Notes under the pieces: model-generated
What the model saw: the letters and a program-made list of their open reading frames with translations, nothing else
Told to the model about the DNA's origin: nothing
Database searches by the model: none
Shown: piece after piece, positions 26,858 to 40,208 of the stretch
How the letters are laid out: every line of letters begins with the position of its first letter
How positions within the stretch are numbered: position 1 is the first letter of the stretch
Made by a program: the position numbers and the translations under genes
DNA from: Hydrurus foetidus
Taxonomy: Eukaryota
Reading direction: 5' to 3'
Length of the DNA stretch: 50,992 nt
NCBI GenBank assembly: GCA_900617105.1
Contig: UYFQ01000406.1
Span: 1-50,992, forward strand

Positions 26858-27130
26858 TCGATCACGAAACTCGAGATTCTTCCAATGAGAGGTTTGTCAC
26901 TACAGCTCCTCGGCGTCCGAGCTGCTGTAGACCTCTCTGTCCAACTTTCATACGCGAAGGTAAACTACAGTTAACGCGCACAGCTTGTAATGAAAACCCG
27001 TACTCATCCTGAAAAACACGCATCACGTACGTGCACTCCCGCATTCTCCCATTGTGGATTTGGAGTTGGTAAAATTTGCCAGTCACGTGAACACCAGATT
27101 TTCCAGTACACCACGAGAATTTGAGTTTTA

Positions 27131-27290
27131 TTGTGCCGGTCAAAACTAAACGGTGCCGCAGAAAAAAAAATTGCAGCGTATTCGTGTTTTTGACCGCAGA
27201 ATCAAAGTAACAGTTATTTTGACCTCTGTCAAAAACACGAAAAAACCTCCCCGCAAAATAAATTCTCCCGTTTAGTTATGACCGGCACAA
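27131..27290. mobile_element. 160-bp MITE, 23-bp TIRs, TA flanks
   Basis: TA|TTGTGCCGGTCAAAACTAAACGG ... CCGTTTAGTTATGACCGGCACAA|TA (one mismatch). Confidence 0.8.
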
Positions 27291-27304
27291 TACATTCTTT
27301 TACT

Positions 27305-27470
27305 GGGTGTTTCAACCCAACTCAAAAGGTGCGGGTCCAACTCCACGATTTAGATTTTGGAGTCCGAAAACGAAAATGGAGTTGGTAAAAAAGCCCGTTA
27401 AAATTTTACGGGCTCTTTTTACCAACTCCAAAACCCTCAACTCCCAACTCCAACGAGTTGGAATAGGGCC
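27305..27470. mobile_element. Possible degenerate MITE with repeated CCAACTC motifs
   Basis: GGGTGTTTCAAC... versus ...GTTGGAATAGGGCC imperfect inverted ends; multiple CCAACTC/GAGTTGG. Confidence 0.45.
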
Positions 27471-27665
27471 AATTATTTTTGCGTTTTGTGGTATTACGAT
27501 TCAATTTTTGACAGTCAAAATGACGGAAACAGAAATTTTACCGAAAAATTTATCTCCATGGCGTCAGTGTTTCATCAAAAACTGATTAAAGATTCAGATT
27601 CAGCGCAAATTTTAAAGCTAGACTGCTTATTTAGATATTTTCTAATATTTCCACATTCTGAAATA

Positions 27666-28027
27666 CCGTCCGGTGCCCTATTATTTGTATTTTCTATTTC
27701 CGAAATATCATCATTTTTGGACTTCCTGAGAGCAATATAAATTAAACTGTATGACAGTTGTTGCGAAATATTTCTAGTTTTTTTCTTATATTTCAGTAAA
27801 GTGTGATTTTTTGACTTCTCGGTACCGGGGGATCGAAATATTCCAAAATGTGGAAATGTTAGAAAATATCTGAATAAGCAGAATAGCTCAAAAAAGTGTG
27901 CTGAATCCGATTCTGTGAAACACTGAGGCCATGGAGATAAAATTTCCGTTTTCGTCATTTTGAGTGTAAAAAGTGAATCGTAAAAACGTAATACCACAAA
28001 ACGAACAAATAATAGGGCACCGGACGG
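27666..28027. mobile_element. 362-bp Tc1/mariner-type MITE with 23-bp TIRs and TA TSD, abutting an inverted partial relative (27470-27665)
   Basis: TA|CCGTCCGGTGCCCTATTATTTGT ... ACAAATAATAGGGCACCGGACGG|TA; 27480-27665 is an inverted homolog of 27838-28005. Confidence 0.88.
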
Positions 28028-28040
28028 TATAGAGAGTCTG

Positions 28041-28105
28041 TGTTGACGAATCCGAGGTCTGGTGGCCAACGGAAGTACAGTGAGCACAGCGGCGTGAGTT
28101 CGAGA
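28041..28105 (-). repeat. Fragment of copia LTR end (same family as 30292-30613)
   Basis: TGTTGACGAATCCGAGGTCTGGTGGCC...GTTCGAGAT matches 30292-30357. Confidence 0.8.
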
Positions 28106-28720
28106 TCGGGCAAATATATGGGCATACCAAAATCTGGAATATAATACTTTAACGTAGATCTAGTACTATAATCCTGGAAATTTTACCAAAACATGGCTCT
28201 ACTAAAATGTGGATTTTGTACCCTAAAGTAAAGTTCGACCTACTATTCAATGGAAGTCATACTTAAATGTGTGTACAATACTTATTCATAGATTTAGTAC
28301 TATTTAATGTAATCAGTGCCAAAATGTAGATCCCATGCCAAAAATTAGAACCACTGACCTATTTCATGGAACTAATACTTGAGTGCACATGCAATATTAT
28401 TCAGCCAAGTTGTGGATTCAATGCCTTTAATTTGTGACCATTTTACTACTCATTCCTTCATAGATGAACTATTGCGCACTATACAAAAATAGTTGTACGC
28501 TTTACTAATTTCATTTGCTTTGTTCGTCGACATTGACTGAGAAAGAAAAAGGAGCTTATGAAGTCAAAAAATGTTGATTTATTTTCCCAGGTACAGATCT
28601 TGAGAATGGATACAAGATACATTTTCTTGCGGTCTAGGCTGGTGACGATGACGTATGTGAACTCGAATGAGTGGATGTGTATAGTAAAATTGGTGCGTAT
28701 GTGTACTAAACAACGTCTTT

Positions 28721-28860
28721 GAAATTCAACGGCATGAAATTCGACGGCATAAAAATTAATGGCATAAAAATTAACGGAATGAAAATTCACGGCGTGAGAA
28801 TTAACGGCATGAAAATTAATGGCATGAAAATTAACGGCATGAAGAATGACGGCATTGAAG
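28721..28860. repeat. 15-bp minisatellite (AATTAACGGCATGAA)n, ~9 copies
   Basis: Directly visible tandem units. Confidence 0.92.
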
Positions 28861-28947
28861 GAATAAAAGAACATTGAAAGCAAGTTCGAATCGGAGGACG
28901 TCTAGTGTGGTACGTTCTGCATCACAGCTGCAGTTGTGCCAGTAATC

Positions 28948-29556
28948 ATGAACGAATTCAACCCCAATCGCAATCTGTGCATGGTGGCCGCCTTTGTTAC
29001 GCCGATGACAGCGGAGCAATAGGAGTGGATGAGACTCGGCGGAAATGACGCTGGAAAGGTCTTTGAGGATGCGACCGGCATCGATCTGCTTGACCCTGAT
29101 AACGAAGGCGCATGCACGCATGATGTCAGGAAACTCTTCCAATATGTCTGCGAAGAGAATCGTAGGAGGGTGATTAACCTCAAGAACGAGCTCAAGCGAG
29201 TGAACGGAAGGGTGGGCGAGCTCAAGAATTGGGACGTGGCTTCTATCATGAAGACGGTTGTAAACAGGAATGGCCAATATGTACTCATCGGTTTGAGTAA
29301 ACGCCTCAACGATGAACATCCCAAGATCCTGAAGAGAATCCGAGCCGTTGATGAAGAGGAGGCGAAAGCTCTTCAGTATTTGAAGACTGCGGATGGTCTC
29401 CAAAGAATTGACCATGCGGTTGGTGTCCTCATCAATTTGTTATATGATACCGCATGCCGCAAAGTCAGTGTTAAATTTGATATTCTTCACCTAGCTGATG
29501 AAATGTGTGATGTTTCTCATTGCTTCTACATTAACCTTCACAAAGTTAAAGAGTAA
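28948..29556 (+). pseudogene. Unknown protein remnant with an in-frame TAG at 29020; possible papain-like fold
   Basis: Coding-like 175-aa ORF extendable upstream through one stop; N-L-C-M-V-A-A ... D-H-A-V-G-V ... L-L-Y-D. Confidence 0.35.
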
Positions 29557-30291
29557 GCTAAATCAGTCATTTCTAAGGGCCTTCCACAATTCTTCGAAAT
29601 CTTTTGCGACAACGTGTCCCGAATTCAAAAGAGATTCCCCGAAGTTGTTGGTCTGGTTGGTCCACTTGCGAACTTGACACACTCGTAAGTTTCCCCTTTC
29701 CAGATGTCTGGTATGTTTAAACTACTTTTCTCGCAGGCTTTACGGACATTGCTCATCAAGAGTGCTGGAGGCCACATTTCTAGCATATAAAACCCTTCTC
29801 TTGACAGAATGCATTATTTGTTTATCATAGTTGTAAATTCATTTACTTGACTTCGAGTGTGTTTTAGGCTTTGTAGAATAGCTACTGATCGTAACACGCA
29901 GGGTAGCCTATTTATCGTTGCTCGCACGGTGGACATCGCTGCTTGTTTTAGAATCAGGTACTGCTTCATGACAATGATTTTAGAAGATATTGCCGTAAGC
30001 ATTTATGTGCTTCGTAATGTTGTGATAATACTTCTCAGAAAAAGAGGGTTGACAACAAGACATCTTACATATGAAGGACAATTATGTAGTGGGTTCTTTA
30101 TTGAACATCTTATTTACAAATCGAAGCAGGAGTCGTCAAATCGAAGCAGGAGTCGTTACCATCGTCTGCATGTGCTCCCTCCACTTGATCACGTTGTTGT
30201 GCTTCCCATAAAGTAGCATGCATTCTTCTGGACTTTTCACTGCTTCTGGAACACAATTTCGAGGCATTTTAATGCCGAGACAGTCTAATCA

Positions 30292-31720
30292 TGCTGACAA
30301 ATCCGAGGTCTGGTGGCCGACGGAAGTACAGTGAGCACAGCGGCGTGAGTTCGAGATTGTCAAGGCTCGCGATATAAGATCTATCGTATCAGTTGTCACT
30401 TGTTAATTAGACTGTGCTTCATCAGTCAAAAAGGCCGCGAGTCCAAACAATGCATACGATAAGATCTTATTCTACGGTTGCAGTTTGTAGATGCTGTGCT
30501 TACTGATCCATCCGCCATGCGTACGCGTACTTACTCAAAAAAGCGTACTGCAGTACGCTAAGTAACGTAAGTACACAGATCATGTTCGTGTCATATACTC
30601 AGATATATCAACACACCCCTATGGCACTTACACACATCTCACGCATAGAGTTTAGTATGCATGTAACTTCATGTCGATGTCTAAACTACTATCGCATCGC
30701 TCCAACCCGTGATCCCTTTCCTCTCCTCTTGGAATTGCAGCCCTTGCAGTGGCCTGGTCAGTAGATTCGCATACATTTTCTTCGTCCCTAGATGTTGCAC
30801 GCGCGCTTCCCCTGTGTCTACACGCTCCTTCACCCAGAAGTATCTGATAGCGATGTGTCTGGTGCGTTCCGCTGCTGATCGCCCTCGATCTATCAGCGCC
30901 ATGCAGGACATGTTGTCCTGGTATATGGTGACCGGCCCGCATGGGTCTCCCTGTGCCAGGACGAAGTTCCTGATGTGTAAGGCTAGATTGGCAGAATCCG
31001 AAAGCGCTAAAAAACTCCGCCTCCGTGCTTGACTTCGTTAAGATCTGCTGCTTGGACGACTTGCAGTGCACCGCTCCTACCTCTCCAATGACTACGCAAC
31101 TGCCCGTGTGTGACTTCCCGTCTCGGTGCACCCCGTATGCCGCATCTATTAGCACACTCACTTCAATTCCAGACTCTCCAGGTGAGGACACAATTTCCCT
31201 CTCCTTGGTCCCACACACATATCGCATCAGTCGCTGCAGTTTGGTGAGGTCGTCTGTGGTGCATCGGTTCACTATCGTCGCCAGGAACGACACTGCGGTA
31301 AGGCAGTCTGATCTCGCTCTCTTCGCTAAGTACAGCATCTTCGCAACGCATCTGTGAAATGTCACTCTCCGCTCCTCGGTAGCGGTGACGATGTTTGGTC
31401 GCACATCGAATAAACCTTCCGTGGCTGGCGTGCTAGCTCTTTCCGTGATGCCACACTCTCTCAGCATCTCGTCCACGAACCCTGTCATCGTCACTTTGGC
31501 TTTGCCCGGTGTCCTCAGATCGAACACAATCCCTAAGTAGTTCACTACGGGCCCGTTCTTCCTGGTGATTTCTCCATATCTTCTCGTCAGACCGGCCGCC
31601 AACTCTTCTATCATTGGCCGACACGCACTGGTGATCAGTAGATCATCAACGTGAATAGCCACAGTACACTGCACACCATGTTTATTATGTCTGTTGAAGA
31701 CGCAGATGTCGTATACGTTA
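30292..31720 (-). mobile_element. Ty1/copia 3' fragment (RT and RNase H, PPT, 3' LTR 30292-30613)
   Basis: IHVDD, YLG, IDAAY, SSTEAE, RTRHIAIRYF, ANLLTRPL; PPT ATAGGGGTG then TGTTGA...TCAGCA. Confidence 0.9.
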
Positions 31721-32729
31721 GGTGAAATATCCCAGATCAGAGAAGCTTGCTCTCAATGTCGGTATATAACACCGATAAGTGCTAGTTATAGCTGTATATA
31801 ACCATTTGTATAATCAACAATTAGCATGATAGGATATCATAAGTAAACACATTTTGTAGATTGTTATTGGTGTGCAATGTGCACCAAGTCGCTTCCTCAA
31901 TGCCAATTCGTATCACGTATATTGCCATTGTTCCACCATAATAATCACAGCTGTGTAGTATTTATCCGGTACTTGGTACCAAAAGTCTAGCTTTTGGTAC
32001 AAACGTCATATTTACAGTTGGGTAGCTACTATCTCGCCTATACAACAACGCAGATGTAAATCTCCGAGAGCCAGTCAAATTGCATGCGCATGACGTCTGA
32101 GATCTTATTATTGTACGGCAGGTAGAAATGATGTGCAACATGAATTTATGCTTTGTGGCCTCCGTGCCAGTTTCTAATTCATAAAAAGAATATGCTAACC
32201 AAAACTTCCCATCTTCGTTTGGCCATCCACGATATGTCCTCCCAACTTCGTGCCAACGCCTGGCGACTCACATGGTAGCGATTGAAGCTTTCAAGACTTC
32301 AGAGATAGTTTTAAAGAGCCTCCGTCCAAGTTAAAGATGGCGAAAGGAAAGAAAGGCCCAGGGCCATTTTCATTTGAAGATGATAAGGAGCCACCGCAGC
32401 CTCCTATTGAACAAATAATACCTATTTTCCCTCTGACTCCTGCATTAGGAATTGAGGAGCCTCCCATCGGTGTTATAATCGATGAGGAAAGCCCTCAATT
32501 CCGGGTAGCCTTAGATAGAAGAATCGCTCAACTCCAGTTGCTAATAGATGAGAGCCCGATTATAGATAACCCGCTATGGTTAATCGACATCGCGCCCAGG
32601 GCGGATCTGCCGCTAGGCGATTAACCCTCATCTAGGAGCACTGAGATGAGAGCGATTCCCCTCAACCTCCATCCGTCAAGTCCGATACCGTCCGATGATG
32701 AGACGTCCATAAGTAGTAGTAAAATTTCT

Positions 32730-34923
32730 AGTAGATTGAATAACGGGGGAAACCCTCGCAAAAAAGTTTCGTCGGAGGGTTGCAAATTCTCCTTAGGCTG
32801 ACAGCCACACGTTATATCCACCTGCTCAGAAGATAAAACTTCCGCTAATGAGGTTGTGCTTGATGAAGCATTGGCAGATATCTGATCGGGGAATCGTGAA
32901 AACAAATTCAATTCGCGAATTGTTTTTCGTCCGACTATAAGATCAAATTTCAAATCGTTTAAAACATAAGCCGTGATTTGAAAAGTATAATAATAAATCA
33001 GGGCAAAAATAAGAAAGAGTTAAGTCTATAGTGTCAGAAATAGCATGACAATAATTATCTAATCCACTACAAACTTTACACAGTTTCTTTGAAGAGTTAG
33101 AAACGAATTGTGTGAAATTATGATTAGTTATAATGCGGCGATGTATAAAGTTGCCAGCAAAAGAGCCGGTGTCCAGGAGAGTAAAGACTCTATTACTTTT
33201 TTCCAGCATAACCTCCTGTGAGAGGGGAGATATAAAGAAAGGAATAAGTTCTGGATCATCGGAAAGAATAGATGATGAATTTAGATTGCATAGTTGCTCA
33301 CCTTTCTGTTTCTTCGCAGTGTGTGTCGAGTCTGCTGTTGAAGTAGCAGATTTTTACGAAGAAGAAGAAGAAGAAGATGATGATGAAGAAGAGGTTGTCT
33401 TAGGTAAAGCTGGAATAAACTTAGCCTGTGGATCAACTTTCAACAATTGCTTATGACCCTCAGAGTTGATGAAGGGTGTCTGAGTACTATTATAGTACGG
33501 AGACGAAGTGTAGAAACAAGTGGAGACGAAATAGCCAAGTCTCCCACAACCTGTGCAGAGAGGTCTTTCATGTTTGTCAGACTTGTCTAACTGCACAGAT
33601 TGCTCGTTCTCTCGTGGACGTTTTTTGATTTTGTCCTGAGAGGAACGAGCAGGAGCTTTGATTTGGCGAGAGTTATCACCATACAAAGGAGATACATCAA
33701 TAAACCGTAAGGCATCAATTCATTCTCGTAGCTTAGCAAGCTGCGCAAGCCATACGAATCGAAAGTCTTCGATTGTATTGAGTCTTGGCGTTGTATTGTT
33801 AAGACTACGCTGTAACACTGCTCTCCAATTGATGGGTTCGACTGGCAACTTATCGATGAGAATTTCAGTTGCCTGAAGTTGGAGAGCGGGTGTTGCATCA
33901 GGGAATCCATCAACAATATCAGCTAGAAGCTGATCTGTTTTGTCTTCCACTGATTTATCCTTCAGGTCGAATTGAAGTGCGACCTGAGAGACAGTTTCAA
34001 TGAAACTCAGCTTGTCAGTTCGATTGACAGCTGATGTAGGAACTGTGAGATTGAGTTCTCTACAGAACAATTGATTCGACCAATGTTTCCAATTGTTACA
34101 GGAGTCGCGATGATCCGGATCAGTCGCAAACTTACGCTTGAGAAGCGTTGTAAACGATTGATGGTTTGAAACATGGACTACATCAACTGGTTTAAATGGA
34201 GTTCCATTTGAAAGGAGGACCTCCATTATCCGTAGTACTTCCTGACGAGAGGGCACGGCGTTCAACTTAGGAGCTCTCTCACTCGTCTGCACATATTGCT
34301 GGGGTGGTGCCATCGTCCTTGGAATAGGATTCTCAGCAATAGCTGGTGTCGCAGCCGAAGCTGGTGTCGCAGCCGAAGCTGGTTGCAATGACAAAGCAGA
34401 CAACGCAGAAATGACAGGAATATCAACGACAGACATGACCGCAGGCTCCGAATTCCGCTGAGGAATCGGTGCAGACAGGTCGCCGGCGGGGTCCTGAGTC
34501 GCAGGTGACCCAGGAAAATCTGCGTCTCCACCACGATTGTGATGCTCGTCATAGCGTTGTCGGAACGCGACGGCTACAGCACGGGGTTGCTGCTTTCGTC
34601 GAAGGGCGTTGATGGAGGATGTCGTCTTTTCTTGGCGGCGTAGCGCCATAACTTTGACGTGATGGATAAAGTTGGAAAGAGACGAAGGTGAAAGTTGGAA
34701 AGAGAAAAAATTTCTCGGAGGAAACTTCGGTAGGTGACCGAATATCGATATTGTGGTCTGCGGCGGGGCCTAGGACGGAAGGCGAAGTTGGAGTAGGCGG
34801 AGGACGGGAGATAAAGACTTGTGTTAATATCTTACAGTTAAATAGATGAAGGTGATGTGTACGCTAAGAATCTGATGGTACCAATCCTTGTTGGAATAGA
34901 TCATCTTACAGAAAAACTTCACA
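32730..34923 (-). mobile_element. Gypsy family D 5' part (LTR from 34752 to ~34910-34923, gag 34649-~33300, protease), degenerate
   Basis: Gag ORF 33720-34649, knuckle-like CTGCGRLGYFVSTC, protease LLDTGS and DLIVGR. The outer LTR end is uncertain. Confidence 0.8.
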
Positions 34924-35195
34924 GGCAAACTACTGTTAAGTAGGGACGAATGATTAAACTGTTTGATAGAGGTTTGACTAACGGTCGCTGAGAGGAAATA
35001 ACTTTCAAAGCAAAATTGATTTTCAAATTTTCAAATTTTCGAATTTTTACACCCATTTTATCCGGTAAAACCATGAAACAACTCAAAATGAACATCCGTT
35101 ATAAAACACACGCGGTACTTACGCGCACAAGCTATCACGCTGCCATGAATTGTAGCCTGATTTCCCTCAAAAATCTCCACAGATCTAGGTGTTCA

Positions 35196-38106
35196 AGTAA
35201 CGTTCATAATGTTGTACACGTTCAAAATTGATGTACAACACTTTCTCAACTTCTGCCCAAACCTGGTGCCTATCAACCTCTACAATGCCAATTATCTCAC
35301 TCGGTTCTTCACCAATTATCCTCAGACTTTGAAGGAGATATGGTAGTGCGATTAAGATCCAAGTGTCAGCTTGACACGTCGCCAGCAGCAAAACTTCCTG
35401 AGGCCGTTGCAAAAGTGACGAATAAGGAGTGCACTCTGAACAAGGCTGCCAAAGAAGCGGGAATCGACCGGCGACTGCTGAAAAGGTTCGCCATTCTCTC
35501 GTTGACAGTTTGTTAAAACCTCTCATTGACTTGAGGTTCTTGTCCAGGACGCTCGATGAAATTCAGAACGGACCTCCACTGAAAAAGAAAAGGGGGAGGA
35601 AATGCCTCGTCTCAACTGATGTCATCAATAAGAGTAGAGACGTCGCGGAAGAGCGAGATCGCGCAAAAGACTCAGCATCAAGCGCCAAGGAGATTCTGGA
35701 GGATCTCGACGGCCACCGACGGACGGAGCTCGAGAACAACAATCTCAACCGCCATGCAACACTCCGACCACTTAGTACTTCTACCAAGTGGAGATTGATG
35801 CAGGACATTGCTCCTGTCAGAGTAAAATGCGGAGGTCTTCAGTCCACGAGCAGACAGAGAGCCCTACAAGATCCACGGAACGCGCTCTCTTGCGCAGCAA
35901 CTTGGTCTGCGGTGACTGAAGGGGTCAATGATCCCCGACGAATTCACTCTTGGGATGAACTCAGCGTAGAACTGAATGGTTTCGGCCAGAAGAAAAAACT
36001 ATACCTTTCTAAAGTAGGTTCAGCAGCGTTGTCAAAAAGAAATCTTAATCCAGCAACAACAAAAAATCAGGGGAAGAGAAGAACAATTAAATTCGGCATA
36101 AGTGAGTGTATAAAGTTACTCTATGCGCGATGTGACGTAACTGAAAACTATTTGCTCACAAATCGATTCTAAATGCATCAGATACGAACGCTGATGGTGA
36201 AGTTGAATGCACTGTTGTAATGATAAAAGACGACAACTTTACGAAACTCAGACACTTCAAGGTATCGTGCAAGCAAAGAGAATAATATCGCGTGGCAATA
36301 TCAACGCTAAGATCAATTTACTGTTATATTTCAACACAGATCAAGGACTCACTGTACTGTTTCTTGATTCCAACAAATCATGAAGATACAATTCTAATGA
36401 CAAAAATGTGGAAGAAGGCAGTTATTCCGGAAGCTAAAATACGAGTTGCAAAGCTGCAGTCCGAAATTTTGGGAGGGGGTACCATGGACGAAATGCTTAC
36501 TCCACCGGAGCTTACCCCACCCGATATCGCAGCTGCTATTGTGACTGAGGAAATGATTAAGGCAGCGAAAGAGGCATCAGAACTAATATTTACTATGGAT
36601 GGCTGTTGGGCGCAAGTTAAGTCAACGTTTGATGACATCAACGATGCGTTCAACAAGGAAGGATATCAGGGGTACAAGTTTGCAGCAGCATCAACAATGG
36701 TCCAGCAGCCGAACGATGTTGGAAGGATGCATTGTAACATACACAATTACTACAAATCAGACACGTACGCAAGGAAAGAATATCATGTCCCAAAATACAT
36801 GCTACCAATGCGCAAAATACTGCTTGAAAGTGGGCTCGAAGCCTCAAGCTTTCATACCTACTGGAAGGCTCTGGCTCGTCTACCAGAGTACCTCACGAAA
36901 TGCTGCCAGCCATCGGTTGTTCGCGACGGGTATCGCATTGCAGGAATCTGGCCTGTAGATCACGGGAAAATTCTGTCAGGATGGGCGGGATGGGCTAAGT
37001 TAACGACAGCAGTGGCGGACGAGGTACTCTCGAACTTACCTGGTCTAACAGAACTTGCGAGGAAAGGTAGATTACTCGATTCTGAAATCGAGGCCCCCTT
37101 CGAAGGCCTACTCGAATTTGATCCCCTATCGAGAAAGTCTGACGACAGTCCCTGGAATCACATGCGATGCCTCTGGACCAACAACGATGCCGTTATTGCT
37201 GCGTACATTGCAAGGAGTAACAAAGCAGAAGAAGAACAAATCAGAAAAGAGAATGCATTGATGGAGAAAGAGTGGAGATTGGAGTTTCCGCTGGAAGCAG
37301 CCGCAGATGATGCAAGGATTCTACTTAGAGATAATCCAGGATTAGTGGCGATTGCTGCAGTGAAGGTAGCACCAAAGTATAAGTGTAGCAATCCAGGATG
37401 CCTCATTACCGGCACAGCCAAAGAGAGAAAGAATTGGTCCAGCTGCAAGCTGAGCAAGCAAACGAAGTGCCGCCTTCTGTTCTGTCCCGCGGCGTCTTGC
37501 GCTGCAATATTTGCTGATCACAGGTTGATCTGCATGAAGTAGAGATTGTGATATTTAGTTCTCCTCACGTATCATATCATATCATCTTCTGCTTGCATCG
37601 TACTCCTGAGAGTCGCGAATCATTGATAATATCTTCTCAATGACTGGCGAGCATACGATAATGCCAGCACTACTTACGTGTCAATTTGTCAACGCAATCA
37701 ATGATATCCTCAGCCGACTCAATATTTCTAGTCTCGTATTATTATCATAACGGTACCAGAAGCATCTTGTTGACCAGTAACCTGCAGAATCAGAGATGAT
37801 GATATATGAGACCACTTATTATTGAAGCTGCGTGCAAGAGTGAAGTCGACATTGATGCATGTGATGTGCTAAGAAAGTTCAGATAATATTGGGGTTTCAA
37901 AATTATAAAAATTATGAGGGTGACTCACCGAATTTTAGACTACGTGCCACTAACGGCAGTGATCCCAGCTACAATCCTGCTGATTCACTTTTGCTGTCGG
38001 AGGATCTCGGAATTCGCTATATTGTCTGGATATAATTGCACTGCAAGGGTTTCGAGGTTTGAGTTGTACATCAATTTTGAACGTGTACAACATTATGAAC
38101 GTTACT
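35196..38106 (+). mobile_element. 2.9-kb DNA transposon with perfect 44-bp TIRs (pogo/DDE_1-like)
   Basis: AGTAACGTTCATAATGTTGTACACGTTCAAAATTGATGTACAAC at 35196-35239 and its reverse complement at 38063-38106. Confidence 0.9.
35429..37542 (+). CDS. DDE_1/pogo-like transposase with a C-terminal Cys-rich finger; introns 36102-36181 and 36262-36339; start uncertain
   Basis: HSWDE, NTNADG, TMDG, QQPND, GYRIAGIWP; splice phases consistent. Confidence 0.8.
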
Positions 38107-38315
38107 AGAGTGTTTGCGCATTGGAAATTACCGAGACTCTGCGGACCCTGGGTATTTCCAATTCCCCGAGATTTCTCGTGAATATAGCGATCCTGCAATT
38201 TGAAATAACATACGTGCGCATTCGCAGTTGTTGAATCTACAAGACTGCTAAACTTTAATTCAAAATCGCCAACTGTGGACTTCCGTCCTCATAGATGGCG
38301 CATAAATAAGCATAG

Positions 38316-39668
38316 ATGGAGTTTGATTCCATCATCGTCAATCGTCTCCCAATAAAGGAACTATCTGTGAAGCTCAGGAGTGCTGGACAAACAGCTCTTG
38401 AGCTTCTGCAGAGGAAGAGGCATCTTCAAATTTCTGCAATTCTCTTATTTGATCTGATGGACGTGAACGGCGACGATGATGCGTCATCCGACGATGAAAT
38501 AGAGGAAGAGAAAGACGATCTCAAAAATTTCGATGCACTTGGATATGCATATGCGCACAAGGTCTCTCAATGTGATGCTCCGCGTCGTGTGACTGTGCGT
38601 CGCATAGTCAGGAAGGAAGTAACCCTAGACAATTACTCTGATCACGAATGTTGGAACTTGCTTCGCTTCAGAAAAAGTGACATTCTGAAACTGATTTTGA
38701 ATCTAAAGCTACCAGGATATCTTGTATCAAGTGATAGGCACAGATTTACAGCAGAATTCAGCATCATCTTATTTCTTAGGCGTATGGCTTACCCTGGTCG
38801 ACTCACCGATCTCGAGGAGGAATTCGGAAGAGATTACACAACGCTGAGTAGATCAATTAAAACTACTCTTGCATGGATTGACTCTAATCACTCTTTCCGC
38901 ATCAACAATTATCTGCATTTCTGGCTTCCATATCAACAAATATTTGCAAATGCTGTAGCTTCCAAGACTGAAGTACCAGAATTGTATTTCAACGTCAACT
39001 CGTTTCTCGACGGTACTCAAAGGCCAACAACAAGACCAAGTGACGGACCTGGACGGCACGAAGATGCACAAAGACTTTTTTACTCTGGCTATTACAGGTG
39101 ATGTGCCAAGAAATTTACTGCACGTACTGGCTAAATTCTAAAAACTAAATGCATCATTCTGCACAGATCACATGGATTCAAGATGCAGTCACTTATGTAT
39201 CCTTGTGGCATGATTGGGGATCTCTATGGACCCATCGCTTGCAGGCGTCATGATTGTCACCTGTTGCGAAGCAGTCGTCTCCATGACCGATTAAGTGTCA
39301 TGTTAGCAGAATGTCCTGTCGACTACTTATGCTATGGTGATTCTGCTTATCCTATGCTAAGATACATCACCCGTGGCACAAAACGACCTAAGTTTCCCTT
39401 AGTAGCAAATCCTGTGAATGCTGCAAATGCTTTGAAGATGTCAAAAGTTAGAGAGTGTGTCGAGTGGGGGTTCGGCAAGATAGTCAACTTGTGGGCATTC
39501 TTGGATTTTAAGAAAAATCTCCAATTATACTCACAGCCCGTTGCAACTTACTACACTGTTATGGGTTTTATTACGAACTGTCACACTTGTCTTTATGGCG
39601 GTCAAACTTCAACCTTCTTTGAGTGTGAACCACCCACTCTAGAGCAATACCTTGCACCTAACATCTAA
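38316..39668 (+). CDS. PIF/Harbinger (HARBI1-like) transposase; intron 39098-39166
   Basis: LRFRK, LRRMAYP, FGR, FLDGT..P..RP, YSGYYR|SHGFKMQ, YGDSAYP, SKVRECVEWGFG. Confidence 0.92.
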
Positions 39669-40208
39669 TTAAAATTATTTCTCGCTCGGTTCTTCTCTTT
39701 GACAAAAAGCAGTTATGGAAATGGAAATCTTCTTCGTTACTCTTCCGTAAGGAAAATTTGTGCCAGTCCGTAAGGAAATTTTCAGGGCTATAAATACCGT
39801 ACAATAAATTGGATCGGTTGCATCATTTTTTGACGTCTAAAGTTGTAAGTTCATGATGAAGAACTTTGAGATATTTCTCAAAATTTTGCCATGGAATAGA
39901 ACACCCATTCTTCTAATTTAATTAAATTATTTCAATTTTTTGGAACCTAAGCTTTTGGCAATGATCTGATAAAATGACTTAAAAAAGATCGTAGACTGGT
40001 GCTGGTGAAATTTTTCAAGACTGAAACGTAGAACGTAGTGTCATTGCGCTTCTTTATCCCATTATTGTCATCATCTCATCACAACAAAATCCATTAGATT
40101 AATTCAGGAGGGAATTAATCGATTAGAACACCATTAGAACACCGTTTATTTTTTTAAGGAGCCGAGTAAAAGTTTCTGGGCAACGAAGTTCAATTAATCT
40201 GAGTTAAG

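Larger units (their letters stand above)
15707..26860 (-). mobile_element. Tyrosine-recombinase retrotransposon (Ngaro/DIRS-type), interrupted by a gypsy at 19901-25840; termini not identified
   Basis: Co-oriented gag-like ORF, RT/RNase H and tyrosine recombinase; no DDE integrase. Confidence 0.88.

Noticed and set aside
28479..28883. 134-aa ORF with HAVNF repeats
   Set aside because: Translation of the 15-bp minisatellite.
28041..30357. ~65-bp direct repeats with A/B-box-like motifs flanking a 2.2-kb segment (tRNA/SINE or novel element?)
   Set aside because: The repeat is the end of the copia LTR at 30292-30613 and does not form a cloverleaf.
32337..32624. 95-aa P/E/I-rich ORF
   Set aside because: No recognisable motif; may be a fragment of another element's gag but cannot be supported.
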